From: an uncultured SAR86 cluster bacterium
GTDB lineage: Bacteria > Pseudomonadota > Gammaproteobacteria > Magnimaribacterales > Magnimaribacteraceae
NCBI GenBank assembly: GCA_902521635.1
Contig: CABYSI010000002.1
Coordinates: forward strand, 56,198-120,197
Length of the DNA: 64,000 nucleotides
Reading direction: 5' to 3'
Part shown: positions 1-10,296 of the stretch, piece after piece
How the letters are laid out: the number at the start of each line of letters is the position of its first letter
Position numbering within the stretch: position 1 is the first letter of the stretch
Translations under genes and position numbers: made by a program
The notes under the pieces: generated by a model
Told to the model about the DNA's origin: nothing
The model's database searches: none
What the model saw: only the letters and a program-made list of their open reading frames with translations

Positions 1-448
1 CACTATCAAAAAAGCTGGATCTAGAGAGGCTTTTCAGAAGGTTGATATAACTTATTGTCACGAGATTGCTAAACAAGCACAAGCAAGTGGTGTTAAAAAT
101 ATTTCTATTGTTACTTCTCTGGGATCGGATTCTAACTCTACAAACTTTTATTTAAAAACTAAGGGAATGATAGAAGATCAAATAAGTGAGATAGATTTTG
201 AATCTATATCTATTCATAGACCTGGTTTGTTAATAGGCGCTAGAAATGAAATGAGGCTTGGTGAGTTTATAGGGCAAAAGATTTTTCCTTATGTTCTAAA
301 TCCTTTCTTAATTGGAAGTATGAGAAAGTATCGAAGTATAAAAGGGGACACTTTAGCTAAGGCAATGGTTAATTTATCAGGAGATGAGAAGGGCGTTAAT
401 TTCTACTATTTCGACGACTTCAATAAATCTACAATAAATAATTCCTAA
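1..448 (+). CDS. NAD(P)-binding oxidoreductase, YraR/TIP30(CC3)-like; 5'-truncated by window edge
   Basis: Frame is open from base 2 (TIKKAGSREAFQKVD...VTSLGSDSNSTNFYLKTKG...IHRPGLLIG); these motifs are typical of TIP30/YraR atypical SDRs. Confidence 0.8.
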   Translation, partial: TIKKAGSREAFQKVDITYCHEIAKQAQASGVKNISIVTSLGSDSNSTNFYLKTKGMIEDQISEIDFESISIHRPGLLIGARNEMRLGEFIGQKIFPYVLNPFLIGSMRKYRSIKGDTLAKAMVNLSGDEKGVNFYYFDDFNKSTINNS

Positions 449-1899
449 CCTGCTTTCTTAAATTTAAGGTCATCGTCCTCTACACTCTTGAAACGAATTT
501 GAGTTATATCTCTTAAATAATTTTGGCTATTAATCCAAGGATCTCTAGATCCTTGCTTGGGCAGTTGATCTCTCACTCTTTCGATATATCCAGAGTTTAA
601 GTCTAGATATTCTTTTTCAGATACAACATCTTCACCTATCTCAGGACAAAAATAATCTAACCCTTTTTTATCTAGTAAGTTAATCAATTTGCATGCATAT
701 TCTGAAATAAGATCAGCACCTAAAGTCCAAGAAGCGGTTGTATACCCAAATGTTGCTATTAAGTTTGGTACATCGCTAAACATCATTGTTTTATATTGAG
801 TCTTTTCTGAGATATCGAGAGTTTGATTGTCAATTTTTATGTCTATACCGTTTAGCAGTCTCATATTTAAGCCGGTAGCTGTAATAATGATGTCTGCTTC
901 CAACTCCTCTCCAGAGTCTAGCTTAATACCGTTTGGAGTAAATTCATCAATTGTTTCAGTTACCACAGAAGCTTTTCCAGAATTCATAGCATTGAACATA
1001 TCTCCATTTGGAACAAAGCATAGGCGCTGATCCCAAGGCATATATCTGGGAGTGAAGTGTTTATCAACATCATAATCTTCTCCTAGGTGACTTCTGACAT
1101 GATTAATTAACATCTCTTTTGTTTTTTCAGGATTTCGTCTAAGCCTATTCAGCATAAATCTTTGCATTAGGATATTTTTCCATCTCACCAAAAAATAACC
1201 CAATCTATCTGTAGTAAATTTTTTGATGAAGTTACCGATTTTATCTTCATCGGGTGCTGCGAAATAATAAGTAGGAGACCTTTGCAGCATAGTGATGTGT
1301 TTTACTTTTTCTGACATGGCAGGAACGATAGTCACAGCAGTTGCTCCACTACCAATGACAACAACTTGCTTATCAGAATAGTCTAATTCTTCTGGCCATT
1401 TTTGGGGATGAACGATCTCACCTTCAAAGGCATCAACATTTTTAAATTCAGGAGTGTACCCCTCATCGTAATTATAATATCCGCCACATAAATATAAAAT
1501 ATTACAAGTCATCTCTTCAACAGAGTTATTCTCTTGATCTTCTACTTTTAAATACCAGAGGGCATCGGGAGATGACCATAAGGCAGATATGACCTTTTTA
1601 TTAAATTGAATTTTTTTTCTTAGATCAAATTCATCTACAGTTTCATTGAGATACTCAAGAATAGAAGGAGCGTCTGCTATTGTTTTGGGACTCCTCCAAG
1701 GTTTAAATTTGAAGCCCATAGTATGCATGTCGGAGTCAGATCTTATACCAGGATATTTAAAAAGATCCCATGTGCCCCCCAAATTAGACCGTCCTTCCAG
1801 AATTGTGTAAGTCTTTTGGGGACATCGCGTTTTTAAGTTGTAAGCAGCTCCAATACCTGAAATGCCCGCTCCAACTACCACTACATCAACATGTTCCAT
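445..1899 (-). CDS. EthA-like flavin-containing (Baeyer-Villiger) monooxygenase
   Basis: GAGISG FAD motif, GGTWDLFKYPGIRSDSD, FEGEIVHPQKW fingerprint, GSGATA NADPH motif, PRYMPWDQRLC. Confidence 0.9.
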   Translation of the reverse strand: MEHVDVVVVGAGISGIGAAYNLKTRCPQKTYTILEGRSNLGGTWDLFKYPGIRSDSDMHTMGFKFKPWRSPKTIADAPSILEYLNETVDEFDLRKKIQFNKKVISALWSSPDALWYLKVEDQENNSVEEMTCNILYLCGGYYNYDEGYTPEFKNVDAFEGEIVHPQKWPEELDYSDKQVVVIGSGATAVTIVPAMSEKVKHITMLQRSPTYYFAAPDEDKIGNFIKKFTTDRLGYFLVRWKNILMQRFMLNRLRRNPEKTKEMLINHVRSHLGEDYDVDKHFTPRYMPWDQRLCFVPNGDMFNAMNSGKASVVTETIDEFTPNGIKLDSGEELEADIIITATGLNMRLLNGIDIKIDNQTLDISEKTQYKTMMFSDVPNLIATFGYTTASWTLGADLISEYACKLINLLDKKGLDYFCPEIGEDVVSEKEYLDLNSGYIERVRDQLPKQGSRDPWINSQNYLRDITQIRFKSVEDDDLKFKKAG

Positions 1900-1950
1900 T
1901 ATCTAGATCTCCTCATACATTATTATAACAATGTTTTTAGATAGGTCTTT

Positions 1951-3501
1951 TTATGAAAATTTTAGTAATTCATCTTGATGACCATCAGCACCACCTAGTA
2001 AGTGATTAAGATAAGATTCATGTGATTCCATCCACATAGCCTTTGAACGACTTCTTCCCGCAGATTGATCATCTTTAGTTCCTTTCATATACCAATTATT
2101 GCATTGGAGCCATATTTTCCCATCAGAAGAAACATTACATTTATCAGTCCAATTCTTAACGGCTTCCTCAAGAGGCTCAACTTCGTCTTTATTGTCGAGT
2201 TTCATTGATGAGACAAGCTTTGCAATATATTTACCTTGTTCTTCGCATAGAAGAGTCACATTAGTCACTGGGTTTAAGCTTTGAGGTCCGACCATCATGT
2301 AAAAATTTGGCATATCATTTACATGAAGACCCCATAATGTTTCTGGTTCAATCATTTGAAAATTGTTCTCAGCAGAAGCCCCAAATTTATCTGCTAAGGT
2401 TATGCCATTTTTACCTGTTACTGAAAAAGGTATAAGGCCAGCATCAAACCCTGTGGCATAAATAATAACTTCAAGTTCGTGTAAATCCCCGGATGACATC
2501 TCAAGACCAGTTTCATTCACGGCAACTACTCCTCCAGGGTCATTAACTAAGTGAACATTTTCTTTATTAAAAGTTGTAAAGTAATCATCAATAATCAAAA
2601 CTCTTTTACAGAAAAAAGGATAATCAGGCGTCAGTAGTTTTGCAACTTCGGGATCATTGACATCATTTTTGATTCTCTCGCTCAAAAGATCACAGACTGC
2701 AGAATTCCAATTTTTGTCATGTAATTGCTCGAATGTAAAAGGCAGATTAGGATCAGGCGGATATTCCCCTTTCCAATCGACGTATCTAAGCTTTGAACTG
2801 TATCCTCCTGCCTTGAAAGCTTCGACTATATCTGGAGGTGTAGGTTGATCTTCTCTTTCGATAGCCCATGTTGCTGTTCTTTGAAATACAGTTAAGGATT
2901 CTACTTCGTCTGCGATAGATGTGATGACTTGGGCAGCAGAAGCTCCTGTCCCAACAATGCCTACTTTCTTATCTTTTAAATTAGCTTCTTGATCCCATTC
3001 AGCAGTATGAAAACTTTCACCTTTGAATTTTTCCATTCCACCAAATTCAGGCATTCTGGGACTTGATAATGGTCCGTTAGCGCAAACTATGTGTTTTGCG
3101 AATATTTCAGTTTTCGTTTCACTCTCAAGGTTCGTAATTTCAACTCTCCATTTGCCAAAATCTACATACTCAAGAGCTACTACCTTTTGTAAGAATTTTA
3201 TGTGTTGACGTATATCAAAGTGGTCAACTAGTAGTTCTGCGTAATCAGCTATTTCAGACTGACTTACGTATCTCTTAGAAGGTATAAAACCAGTTTCATC
3301 TAAAAAAGGTAAGTATGTATATGATTGAACATCACATGCAGCTCCAGGATAAGATCCTACACCTCCATGACTCCAAACACCTCCTAAAGAATTATTTTTT
3401 TCTAAAATGCAGAAGTTATCAATTCCTTCTTCTTTTAAGTAATGAGCACAGGTTATACCTGAAAAACCACTTCCTATAATTGCAACATCATAAATTTTCA
3501 T
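1951..3501 (-). CDS. Type I Baeyer-Villiger monooxygenase (cyclohexanone monooxygenase family)
   Basis: GSGFSG, YPGAACD, FKGESFHTAEW (FxGxxxHxxxW), GTGASAAQ, CKR, ATGF. Confidence 0.88.
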   Translation of the reverse strand: MKIYDVAIIGSGFSGITCAHYLKEEGIDNFCILEKNNSLGGVWSHGGVGSYPGAACDVQSYTYLPFLDETGFIPSKRYVSQSEIADYAELLVDHFDIRQHIKFLQKVVALEYVDFGKWRVEITNLESETKTEIFAKHIVCANGPLSSPRMPEFGGMEKFKGESFHTAEWDQEANLKDKKVGIVGTGASAAQVITSIADEVESLTVFQRTATWAIEREDQPTPPDIVEAFKAGGYSSKLRYVDWKGEYPPDPNLPFTFEQLHDKNWNSAVCDLLSERIKNDVNDPEVAKLLTPDYPFFCKRVLIIDDYFTTFNKENVHLVNDPGGVVAVNETGLEMSSGDLHELEVIIYATGFDAGLIPFSVTGKNGITLADKFGASAENNFQMIEPETLWGLHVNDMPNFYMMVGPQSLNPVTNVTLLCEEQGKYIAKLVSSMKLDNKDEVEPLEEAVKNWTDKCNVSSDGKIWLQCNNWYMKGTKDDQSAGRSRSKAMWMESHESYLNHLLGGADGHQDELLKFS

Positions 3502-3513
3502 ATTGATAATATT

Positions 3514-4350
3514 TTATAAAGACGCTTCACAGGCTTCAACTGTTTGCAGTATTAGCGTATTAATTGTCATCGGACCAACTCCACCTGGAACTGGAGTATA
3601 AGCAGAACATCTATCTATGATTCCTTCTAAATCTATATCTCCGCATTTTTCCGGATGATAACCTGCATCTATTACTACGGCTCCGTCTTTAATCCAATTT
3701 GATTTTATAAATTTTGGAATACCAACAGCACCTACAACAATATCCGCTTTAATTAAGTGCTCATCTAGATTAGTAGTTTTAGAGTGACAAATTGAAACTG
3801 TTGCATTTTCATTAAGCAACATCATAGCCATTGGTTTGCCCAATATAGGACTTCTTCCAACTACTACTGCATGTTTTCCTGCAATATCTATCTTATATTC
3901 ATGCAGCAATCTCATTATCCCTTGCGGTGTGCAAGAGCCGAAAGACTTTTCTCCCATTGACATGTTTCCAAAACCTAAACAAGTTACCCCATCCACGTCT
4001 TTTTTTATATCTATTGCATCGAAGCATCTCCTCTCGTCAATCTGCTTAGGAACGGGATGTTGCAATAGTATTCCATTTACTTCTGGATCATTATTAAGCT
4101 CATCAATTTTTTGCAATAATTCTTTAGTAGAGGTGCTTTCACTTAATTCAACTTTTAAAGATCTCATACCAACTCTTTCGCAGGCATTTCCCTTCATCTT
4201 CACATAGGTGGCAGAAGCTGGATCTGATCCAACAAGAATAGTTGCTAATATCGGTACGGACTTTTGATGTAAAAGAATCTGCTCAACTCTTTTCTTAATA
4301 TCTTCTTCAGATTCACTAGCTGTTTTTTTCCCATCCATGATAATAGTCAT
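3514..4350 (-). CDS. folD: Methylenetetrahydrofolate dehydrogenase/cyclohydrolase
   Basis: [38 protein letters not shown]. Confidence 0.97.
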   Translation of the reverse strand: MTIIMDGKKTASESEEDIKKRVEQILLHQKSVPILATILVGSDPASATYVKMKGNACERVGMRSLKVELSESTSTKELLQKIDELNNDPEVNGILLQHPVPKQIDERRCFDAIDIKKDVDGVTCLGFGNMSMGEKSFGSCTPQGIMRLLHEYKIDIAGKHAVVVGRSPILGKPMAMMLLNENATVSICHSKTTNLDEHLIKADIVVGAVGIPKFIKSNWIKDGAVVIDAGYHPEKCGDIDLEGIIDRCSAYTPVPGGVGPMTINTLILQTVEACEASL

Positions 4351-4447
4351 ATATAAATTATATTCCTTATAAAATATTTCTCTACTTCTGAATGTAACAG
4401 TATCTGTTTTGAAGTTTTTAAAAGTTACATTTACGTTACAAAAATGA

Positions 4448-4456
4448 TGCTATAAT
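4448..4456 (+). promoter_or_regulatory. Extended -10 sigma70 promoter for TBDR1
   Basis: TGCTATAAT is a perfect TGn-TATAAT about 120 nt upstream of the TBDR start. Confidence 0.7.
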
Positions 4457-4575
4457 GATTTTAGATGAACTAAAGACAGGATGTCGATCGTTAATCTAAA
4501 GTTAATTCATCATATAGGCGCAAGGAAGGGCCTACAGTTCTTCCCTGTGCATTAATCAACTTAATGGGGAAATCA

Positions 4576-7374
4576 ATGTTAAAGAAATTAATCTTAATTT
4601 CAGCATATGCATTACTAATTCCTTTTACTTTTTCAGATGATGAGGTAGAGGAAGTAGTAGTCACTGGTAGTTTTATCAAAACTGATCGTGAAAATATCGC
4701 AATTCCAGTGGATGTTTTTGATAGAGGGGAATACGGAGAGTCTGGACAACCTAATATGAGAGATATCTTAAGGAATATGCCATCAGTTTCTGGAACAATT
4801 AACCAATCAGAGCAATTTAGTGACGGTGGCGGTGATATAACCGGCACGAAAAATGTCAACATACGTGGTCTGGGAATACCGAGAACTTTAGTTTTATTTA
4901 ATGGTAAGAGGATTGTTCACGGTCCAGGAACCACTAAAGAAAATAATACATATGTGGACATTGGAAATTTTCCATTGATACAAATGGAGAGAATAGAGGT
5001 TCTTAAAAACGGTGGAGCTGTCTCACATGGTACGGACGCTATTGGAGGAGTATTCAACTTCATATCTAGAGATAAATTTGAAGGTTTTGAAGCTTCAATT
5101 AGTCAATCAGATCTGGATGCATCAGATGGCACAACAACGGCAGCATTTATAGCAGGCTTCGCAAATGGAGGAGCAAACTTTACTTTTGGTGCTGAATGGG
5201 AAGATACAACTCTGGTGAATATCGCTGAAAATCCTCGTGTTCAACATAAGGGACCAAGTAATTCAAAAAATTATTGGCCTTTAGGCTATTCGGTATTGGG
5301 AAATCCTGGAACATTCCAGACTGGTCCTGGTCAAAATCTTGTACAAGATCCGGCCTGTGGAATAACTGCTTCTCAAAACGGCGTAGCTGAAGCTAGAACG
5401 TCTCATGATATTGGTCCTTATTATCCATATAGTAGGTGCGGTTATAGTTATGTTCCTTATGGAAATTACATAGACCCTCAGGAAAGACACAAATACTTTG
5501 CAACATTTAATATGGATATTTCTGATGAAATAGAAATTTATTTTCAAGCGAATCATTCAACCCTAAAGAGTGCCTATTATGGTTCTCCTACGTATCCACC
5601 ATCAAATGCTGGGTATTTCACTGTTGTTCCTAAGTCATCTCCTGGTTATATTGATTTCGCAGCAAATCATTTACCCACTCTGTCTCAAGGAATACAAGAT
5701 GCTTATGGGAGTACCTCACCAGTAGTTTTATGGTGGGGAAGAGCATGTGCCATCGGATGCGGTCCGCAGATATTTAATCTTGATGGAGACACCTCAAGGT
5801 GGTCTATAGGCTCTAAGGGTATATTACCAGGTACAGATTATGACTTTGATGTTTCTCTAACCTACTCAACAATGACATTCGACTATACATACAGTGATAT
5901 CCATACTGCCAGATATAATTCGGCTGTCAGTGGATTAGGTGGTTGGGAATGTTCAGGACTAGCAGCTGACGCAGGTGATATATCAAAAGGATGTTCTTAC
6001 TATAATGTTTTTGGAACAGCAATAACGGCTCCAGCAGGTTCTAATCTTAGAAATAGTGATGAACTCTTTGATTATATCAAAGCGAAAATGGGTAACGTCA
6101 CAGAAAGAAATGCAACTGTTTTTGATTTTGTAGTCAATGGCGACACTGATTACGAAATTGACGGAAATCCTTTATCTTTTGCTGCAGGTGTTCAAGTCAA
6201 TCAAACAGATACAAATGATTTAGATTATGGTGACAATACCTGTCCGCAAAATAGACCGTGTGAACCACTACTTCATTTCTTACCAAATTCGTATAGTTCA
6301 ACTATTGAAGGAAAAAACATATCAGCTTTCGCTGAAATTTCTATTCCAGCAACTGAAATGTTAGATTTAAATCTAGGGGTGAGATGGGAAGATTATGATC
6401 TTGACAGTGTAACAGTGCCGAAAGTATCGGCGATTTATCAAGCGAGTGATTTTTTAGTTTTAAGAGCTTCATATGAAGAGGTTTTTAGATCTCCAGAGGT
6501 ACCAACATCAATGGGTACGGCTTTAGAAAAAATTGGTAGTGAGTATGTTGAAATTCAAACACCAATACCAACCAACCTAAGTCCTGAAAGCTCAGATAAC
6601 ATTAACTTAGGCTTTATTTGGACGCCGGTAGATGATCTAAAGCTATCTATGGATTATTATTCTCTTGATCTAGTTGATAATCTTGGAGTCGCATCTACTT
6701 CAAGTGCACTTGCGACGACCAATTGCCTAGACGGCAATTCTTATGTGAGAGGAACCGAACCTGCTAGTTGTTTTATAAAAAATATAACTGCTCCTGCTAT
6801 CAATGGTAATGGCGTGGAAACTTCTGGTTTAGACTTTGCAATATCTTATGATATAGATACTGAGATGGGTCTCATGCAGTTCACTTTATCCGGCGTGAAA
6901 CTATTAAAGTATGATGTCGCAAACGCAGACGGGACAACTTATGATGCCAAAGGTAAGTACAATACAAGAGCAAAAAACAGCCCAATAAGATTAAGATCAA
7001 TGCCTGAAATGAAATTCAATTTGGGTGTAAGCTTAATGAATGGTTCTCACTTTACTAGAGCTTTTATAAGGTATATCAGTGACTATGATGTAGATGATTC
7101 TTTTGAATACTTCCCAGACTTTCTTGGGACGAATCCTGCGCATAATGACTACGGAACGCCTTTAGGTATTTATGATGCTAAGTCGGTAGATTCTGATGTC
7201 ACATTAGATCTTCACTATACTTATTTGGGATTTGATAATCTTGAATTGACATTATCAATCGTGAATGCGACAGACGAAGAGCCTCCCCTAGCACCTCACG
7301 AACAAGCTTATGATGCTTTTTCACATAGTGCAATGGGAAGAATCACAACAGCTGGAATTAATTTTAAGTTTTAA
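4576..7374 (+). CDS. TonB-dependent receptor (TBDR1)
   Basis: Signal peptide, EEVVVTGS TonB-box region, plug motifs NIRGLG/RTLVLFNGKR/ERIEVLKNG, LSPESS, C-terminal Phe. Start moved to ATG 4576 behind the GGGGA RBS. Confidence 0.93.
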   Translation: MLKKLILISAYALLIPFTFSDDEVEEVVVTGSFIKTDRENIAIPVDVFDRGEYGESGQPNMRDILRNMPSVSGTINQSEQFSDGGGDITGTKNVNIRGLGIPRTLVLFNGKRIVHGPGTTKENNTYVDIGNFPLIQMERIEVLKNGGAVSHGTDAIGGVFNFISRDKFEGFEASISQSDLDASDGTTTAAFIAGFANGGANFTFGAEWEDTTLVNIAENPRVQHKGPSNSKNYWPLGYSVLGNPGTFQTGPGQNLVQDPACGITASQNGVAEARTSHDIGPYYPYSRCGYSYVPYGNYIDPQERHKYFATFNMDISDEIEIYFQANHSTLKSAYYGSPTYPPSNAGYFTVVPKSSPGYIDFAANHLPTLSQGIQDAYGSTSPVVLWWGRACAIGCGPQIFNLDGDTSRWSIGSKGILPGTDYDFDVSLTYSTMTFDYTYSDIHTARYNSAVSGLGGWECSGLAADAGDISKGCSYYNVFGTAITAPAGSNLRNSDELFDYIKAKMGNVTERNATVFDFVVNGDTDYEIDGNPLSFAAGVQVNQTDTNDLDYGDNTCPQNRPCEPLLHFLPNSYSSTIEGKNISAFAEISIPATEMLDLNLGVRWEDYDLDSVTVPKVSAIYQASDFLVLRASYEEVFRSPEVPTSMGTALEKIGSEYVEIQTPIPTNLSPESSDNINLGFIWTPVDDLKLSMDYYSLDLVDNLGVASTSSALATTNCLDGNSYVRGTEPASCFIKNITAPAINGNGVETSGLDFAISYDIDTEMGLMQFTLSGVKLLKYDVANADGTTYDAKGKYNTRAKNSPIRLRSMPEMKFNLGVSLMNGSHFTRAFIRYISDYDVDDSFEYFPDFLGTNPAHNDYGTPLGIYDAKSVDSDVTLDLHYTYLGFDNLELTLSIVNATDEEPPLAPHEQAYDAFSHSAMGRITTAGINFKF

Positions 7375-7396
7375 AACTTATAGAATTATTCAATTC

Positions 7397-7430
7397 AAAA
7401 GGCTCTTACTTAAGTAGGGGCCTTTTTTTT
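7397..7430 (+). terminator. Intrinsic terminator after TBDR1
   Basis: AAAAGGCTCTTAC-TTAA-GTAGGGGCC-T8 hairpin. Confidence 0.85.
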
Positions 7431-7596
7431 ATTTAAAAATATGTATTAAAAGTTCATTTGTAGTGTTAATGTGCGCTTACAAGCCATCTGTAAGACTCAG
7501 CAGATTTACGTATTAAGGATATACAGGCTTCGAATAAGGACATTCTCTATCTCTAAAGTTTTCCTTTGGTTATTAACAACTAAATATGGGGAAATC

Positions 7597-10215
7597 ATGA
7601 TAAGAAAGTTTTATTTATTTCTAATAATTCTACCTTTTATTGCAGTATCAAATCTTTCATTTGCGAGGGATGTAGAAGAGGTAGTAGTCACAGGTTCATA
7701 TATTAAGGGTAGTCCAACTGATGGCGCTTCTCCTGTTGAACTTTATGATAGAGACACAATAGAAGGTATTGGTGCAGTAGATGCAGCGGACATAACAGCT
7801 AATATGGTTATAGATTCTGGATCTGAAAATAATGCTGACTCTTTTACTTCGGGTGCGCTTCAGGGCAGAACAAACGTAAACTTAAGAGGTCTTGGACTAT
7901 CATCAACACTAGTACTTTTTGATGGTAGAAGACAGACAGTTACAGGTTCAACTGCTAATGATGGGAGTGTATTTGTTAATACTTCAGCTATTCCAGTCAT
8001 AGCGCTTGACCGAGTTGAAGTTCTTAAAGAAGGTGCTGCATCAGTTTATGGTTCTGATGCTGTAGCTGGAGTTGTAAACTATATCTTCAGAAGAGATTTC
8101 ACTGGATTTGAAGTCGACATCACATCTCAAGAGACTGATCTTGGGTCTTCTAAAGATAACAGAGGAAGCTTTATTTGGGGTATGGAGGAAGCTGATACAA
8201 ATATAGTTCTTGCTTACAGTACCTTGAGTAGATCACCTCTTTCTCAAAGCGAATTAGAATTAGCTCCTCTTGGAGTAAGTGGATTAGGAACAAGCTTTTT
8301 ATTATTTGGTCCTTCGACAGTTGACACAGGCCCATACGCAGGAACTTACAGTGCTTTTCAAAATGTACCTGACCCAAGTTGTGTAGCCAACAAAGGAATT
8401 CTTATTCCTCAAGCAAGTGGAAGTCGTTGTGGTTTCAAATATGGACCGAGATTCAATATTGTGAATGATGAAGATCATGATCAACTATACTTTTCAATAA
8501 AAACGCCACTATCTGATACTGTTAATCTTGAACTAGATTACTTAAAAGCAGAAACAGAAGTATATGACAATCCTCAATCACCATCTTATCCAGCTCTATC
8601 ATATTTGAGTCCTGCAAATGCAATTGCCCCTGGAAAAGGAGGAAACCCATTTGGAGTTCCAGCTTTGTGGTTGGGAAGGCCATTAGCATCAGCTTTCCCA
8701 TCTCCTTTTGCACCTAGAGAAATAGAGATGGACAGGCTTTCATTCGGACTTAATGGAACTTATGAAAATGGTTTCGATTGGGATTTTCATATAACTCAAA
8801 GTTCAGAAGACAACTATGGAAGTCAACCTGATACAGGCACATCGAAGCTTGCTGCTGCCATTGATGGTACAGGTGGACCAAGTGGGGATCAGACTTTTAA
8901 TCTTTTTGATCCTTTTGCCAATTCGCAAGAATTGAGAGATTGGTTGCGATCTGACCAAGAGACCTGGACTGATGTTGAATTGTCAGTAATAGATTACGTA
9001 GTTTCTGGTCAAGTAGGAAATGTCGATATGGCAATGGGACTTCAAACCAGAAAAGAGAAGTACGACATAAAAAGAAGTGTTAACTCTATAGTTGAATTCG
9101 ACGCAGCTGGAAATCTAACAAAGCCAGCTGATATGATTTTCTTAGGAGGTGGAACTGAATCTAGTGCTTCAAGAAGAACCAATGCAATATTCATGGAAGC
9201 CTCTACTGATTTAACTGATCAGTTAGAGTTAAAGGGTGCTATCAGATACGAAGATCTTGCAAATGATTCCAACGTTGATCCTAAGTTGTCTCTTAGATAT
9301 CAAGCTAATGATAATGTTGTTTTGAGGGCTTCAGTAAGTACTTCATACAGAGAGCCTTCACTATCACAACTATATACAAGTGGTGTGGGCCTCCAAGGTA
9401 TTCAAGATTACAACCCTGATGGTTCAGCAAAAGGTGGAACAGTATTCATTAGAATTGCTCAAGCGGGTAACCTGAATTTAAAACCTGAAGAAGCTGACAA
9501 TATGAATGTAGGTATTATTTGGAGTCCTACAGACAACTTTGAAGCAAAATTAGATTATTGGATGGTGGATTATACAAATGTGATTACCATTGAAAGTGCT
9601 CAAGGTATAGTCGCACGAACACCAAATAGTTCAAAGGTTCAAAGAACAATTGATGGAACCCTTACTGGAGTAACTACTAATTATTTCAATGCTTCGTCTG
9701 TAGACACCAATGGTTTTGACGTCGAAATGTCATATGGGATGGATACTGCAATAGGTGAAATGCTCTTAGGTCTAAATGCTTCACACATGCTGCAGTATGA
9801 AATTCCAGTGGCAGGAGTTGCAACGGATGTTGTGGGATTATTTAACCACGATAACTTCGCAAGATCATTACCTGAAACCAAGATGGTATTATCTGCAATG
9901 CTACAGTCAGGAAAGCACTCTGCAGCTGCTTATGGACGATGGGTATCAAGTTATGAAACTACAAGACCAGTTAGTGCTTCTGCTGCTGCACAAGGTTTCA
10001 CGCAAGATATTGATAGTATGTTTACTGTAGACCTTCAATACAATTACACTTTTGATTTCAATAGTGAAGATGATTTAAAACTCACACTTGGAGTCAAAAA
10101 TGCTTTCGATGAAGAAGTACCTCAAGTGTACGATGCTGCTAATTGGAGTTATGATCCTAAACATCATGACCCCAGAGGAAGAATGATCTCAGTTGGATTG
10201 AAATTAACTATGTAA
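7597..10215 (+). CDS. TonB-dependent receptor (TBDR2)
   Basis: EEVVVTGS, NLRGLG, DRVEVLKEGAASVYGSDAVAGVVN, LKPEEA. Start at ATG 7597 behind ATGGGGAAATC, the same RBS context as TBDR1. Confidence 0.93.
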   Translation: MIRKFYLFLIILPFIAVSNLSFARDVEEVVVTGSYIKGSPTDGASPVELYDRDTIEGIGAVDAADITANMVIDSGSENNADSFTSGALQGRTNVNLRGLGLSSTLVLFDGRRQTVTGSTANDGSVFVNTSAIPVIALDRVEVLKEGAASVYGSDAVAGVVNYIFRRDFTGFEVDITSQETDLGSSKDNRGSFIWGMEEADTNIVLAYSTLSRSPLSQSELELAPLGVSGLGTSFLLFGPSTVDTGPYAGTYSAFQNVPDPSCVANKGILIPQASGSRCGFKYGPRFNIVNDEDHDQLYFSIKTPLSDTVNLELDYLKAETEVYDNPQSPSYPALSYLSPANAIAPGKGGNPFGVPALWLGRPLASAFPSPFAPREIEMDRLSFGLNGTYENGFDWDFHITQSSEDNYGSQPDTGTSKLAAAIDGTGGPSGDQTFNLFDPFANSQELRDWLRSDQETWTDVELSVIDYVVSGQVGNVDMAMGLQTRKEKYDIKRSVNSIVEFDAAGNLTKPADMIFLGGGTESSASRRTNAIFMEASTDLTDQLELKGAIRYEDLANDSNVDPKLSLRYQANDNVVLRASVSTSYREPSLSQLYTSGVGLQGIQDYNPDGSAKGGTVFIRIAQAGNLNLKPEEADNMNVGIIWSPTDNFEAKLDYWMVDYTNVITIESAQGIVARTPNSSKVQRTIDGTLTGVTTNYFNASSVDTNGFDVEMSYGMDTAIGEMLLGLNASHMLQYEIPVAGVATDVVGLFNHDNFARSLPETKMVLSAMLQSGKHSAAAYGRWVSSYETTRPVSASAAAQGFTQDIDSMFTVDLQYNYTFDFNSEDDLKLTLGVKNAFDEEVPQVYDAANWSYDPKHHDPRGRMISVGLKLTM

Positions 10216-10226
10216 ATTCTTTCAGT

Positions 10227-10255
10227 AAAAAAACCCAGCTTAGGCTGGGTTTTTT
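10227..10255 (+). terminator. Intrinsic terminator after TBDR2
   Basis: A7-CCCAGC-TTAG-GCTGGG-T6. Confidence 0.88.
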
Positions 10256-10296
10256 ATGCACATAGTTTTTTAAAATGTATAATTCAATTCTTTTTT

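Noticed and set aside
7476-7494. CTTACA-N7-TGTAAG upstream of TBDR2 as a GacA/UvrY box
   Set aside because: The half-sites are in the reverse order to TGTAAG-N6-CTTACA; it is more simply a leader hairpin.
7471-7596. N-terminal extensions of TBDR ORFs in the track (4564, 7471, 21184, 49225)
   Set aside because: Downstream ATGs have an RBS and start proper signal peptides; the extensions are structured leaders.
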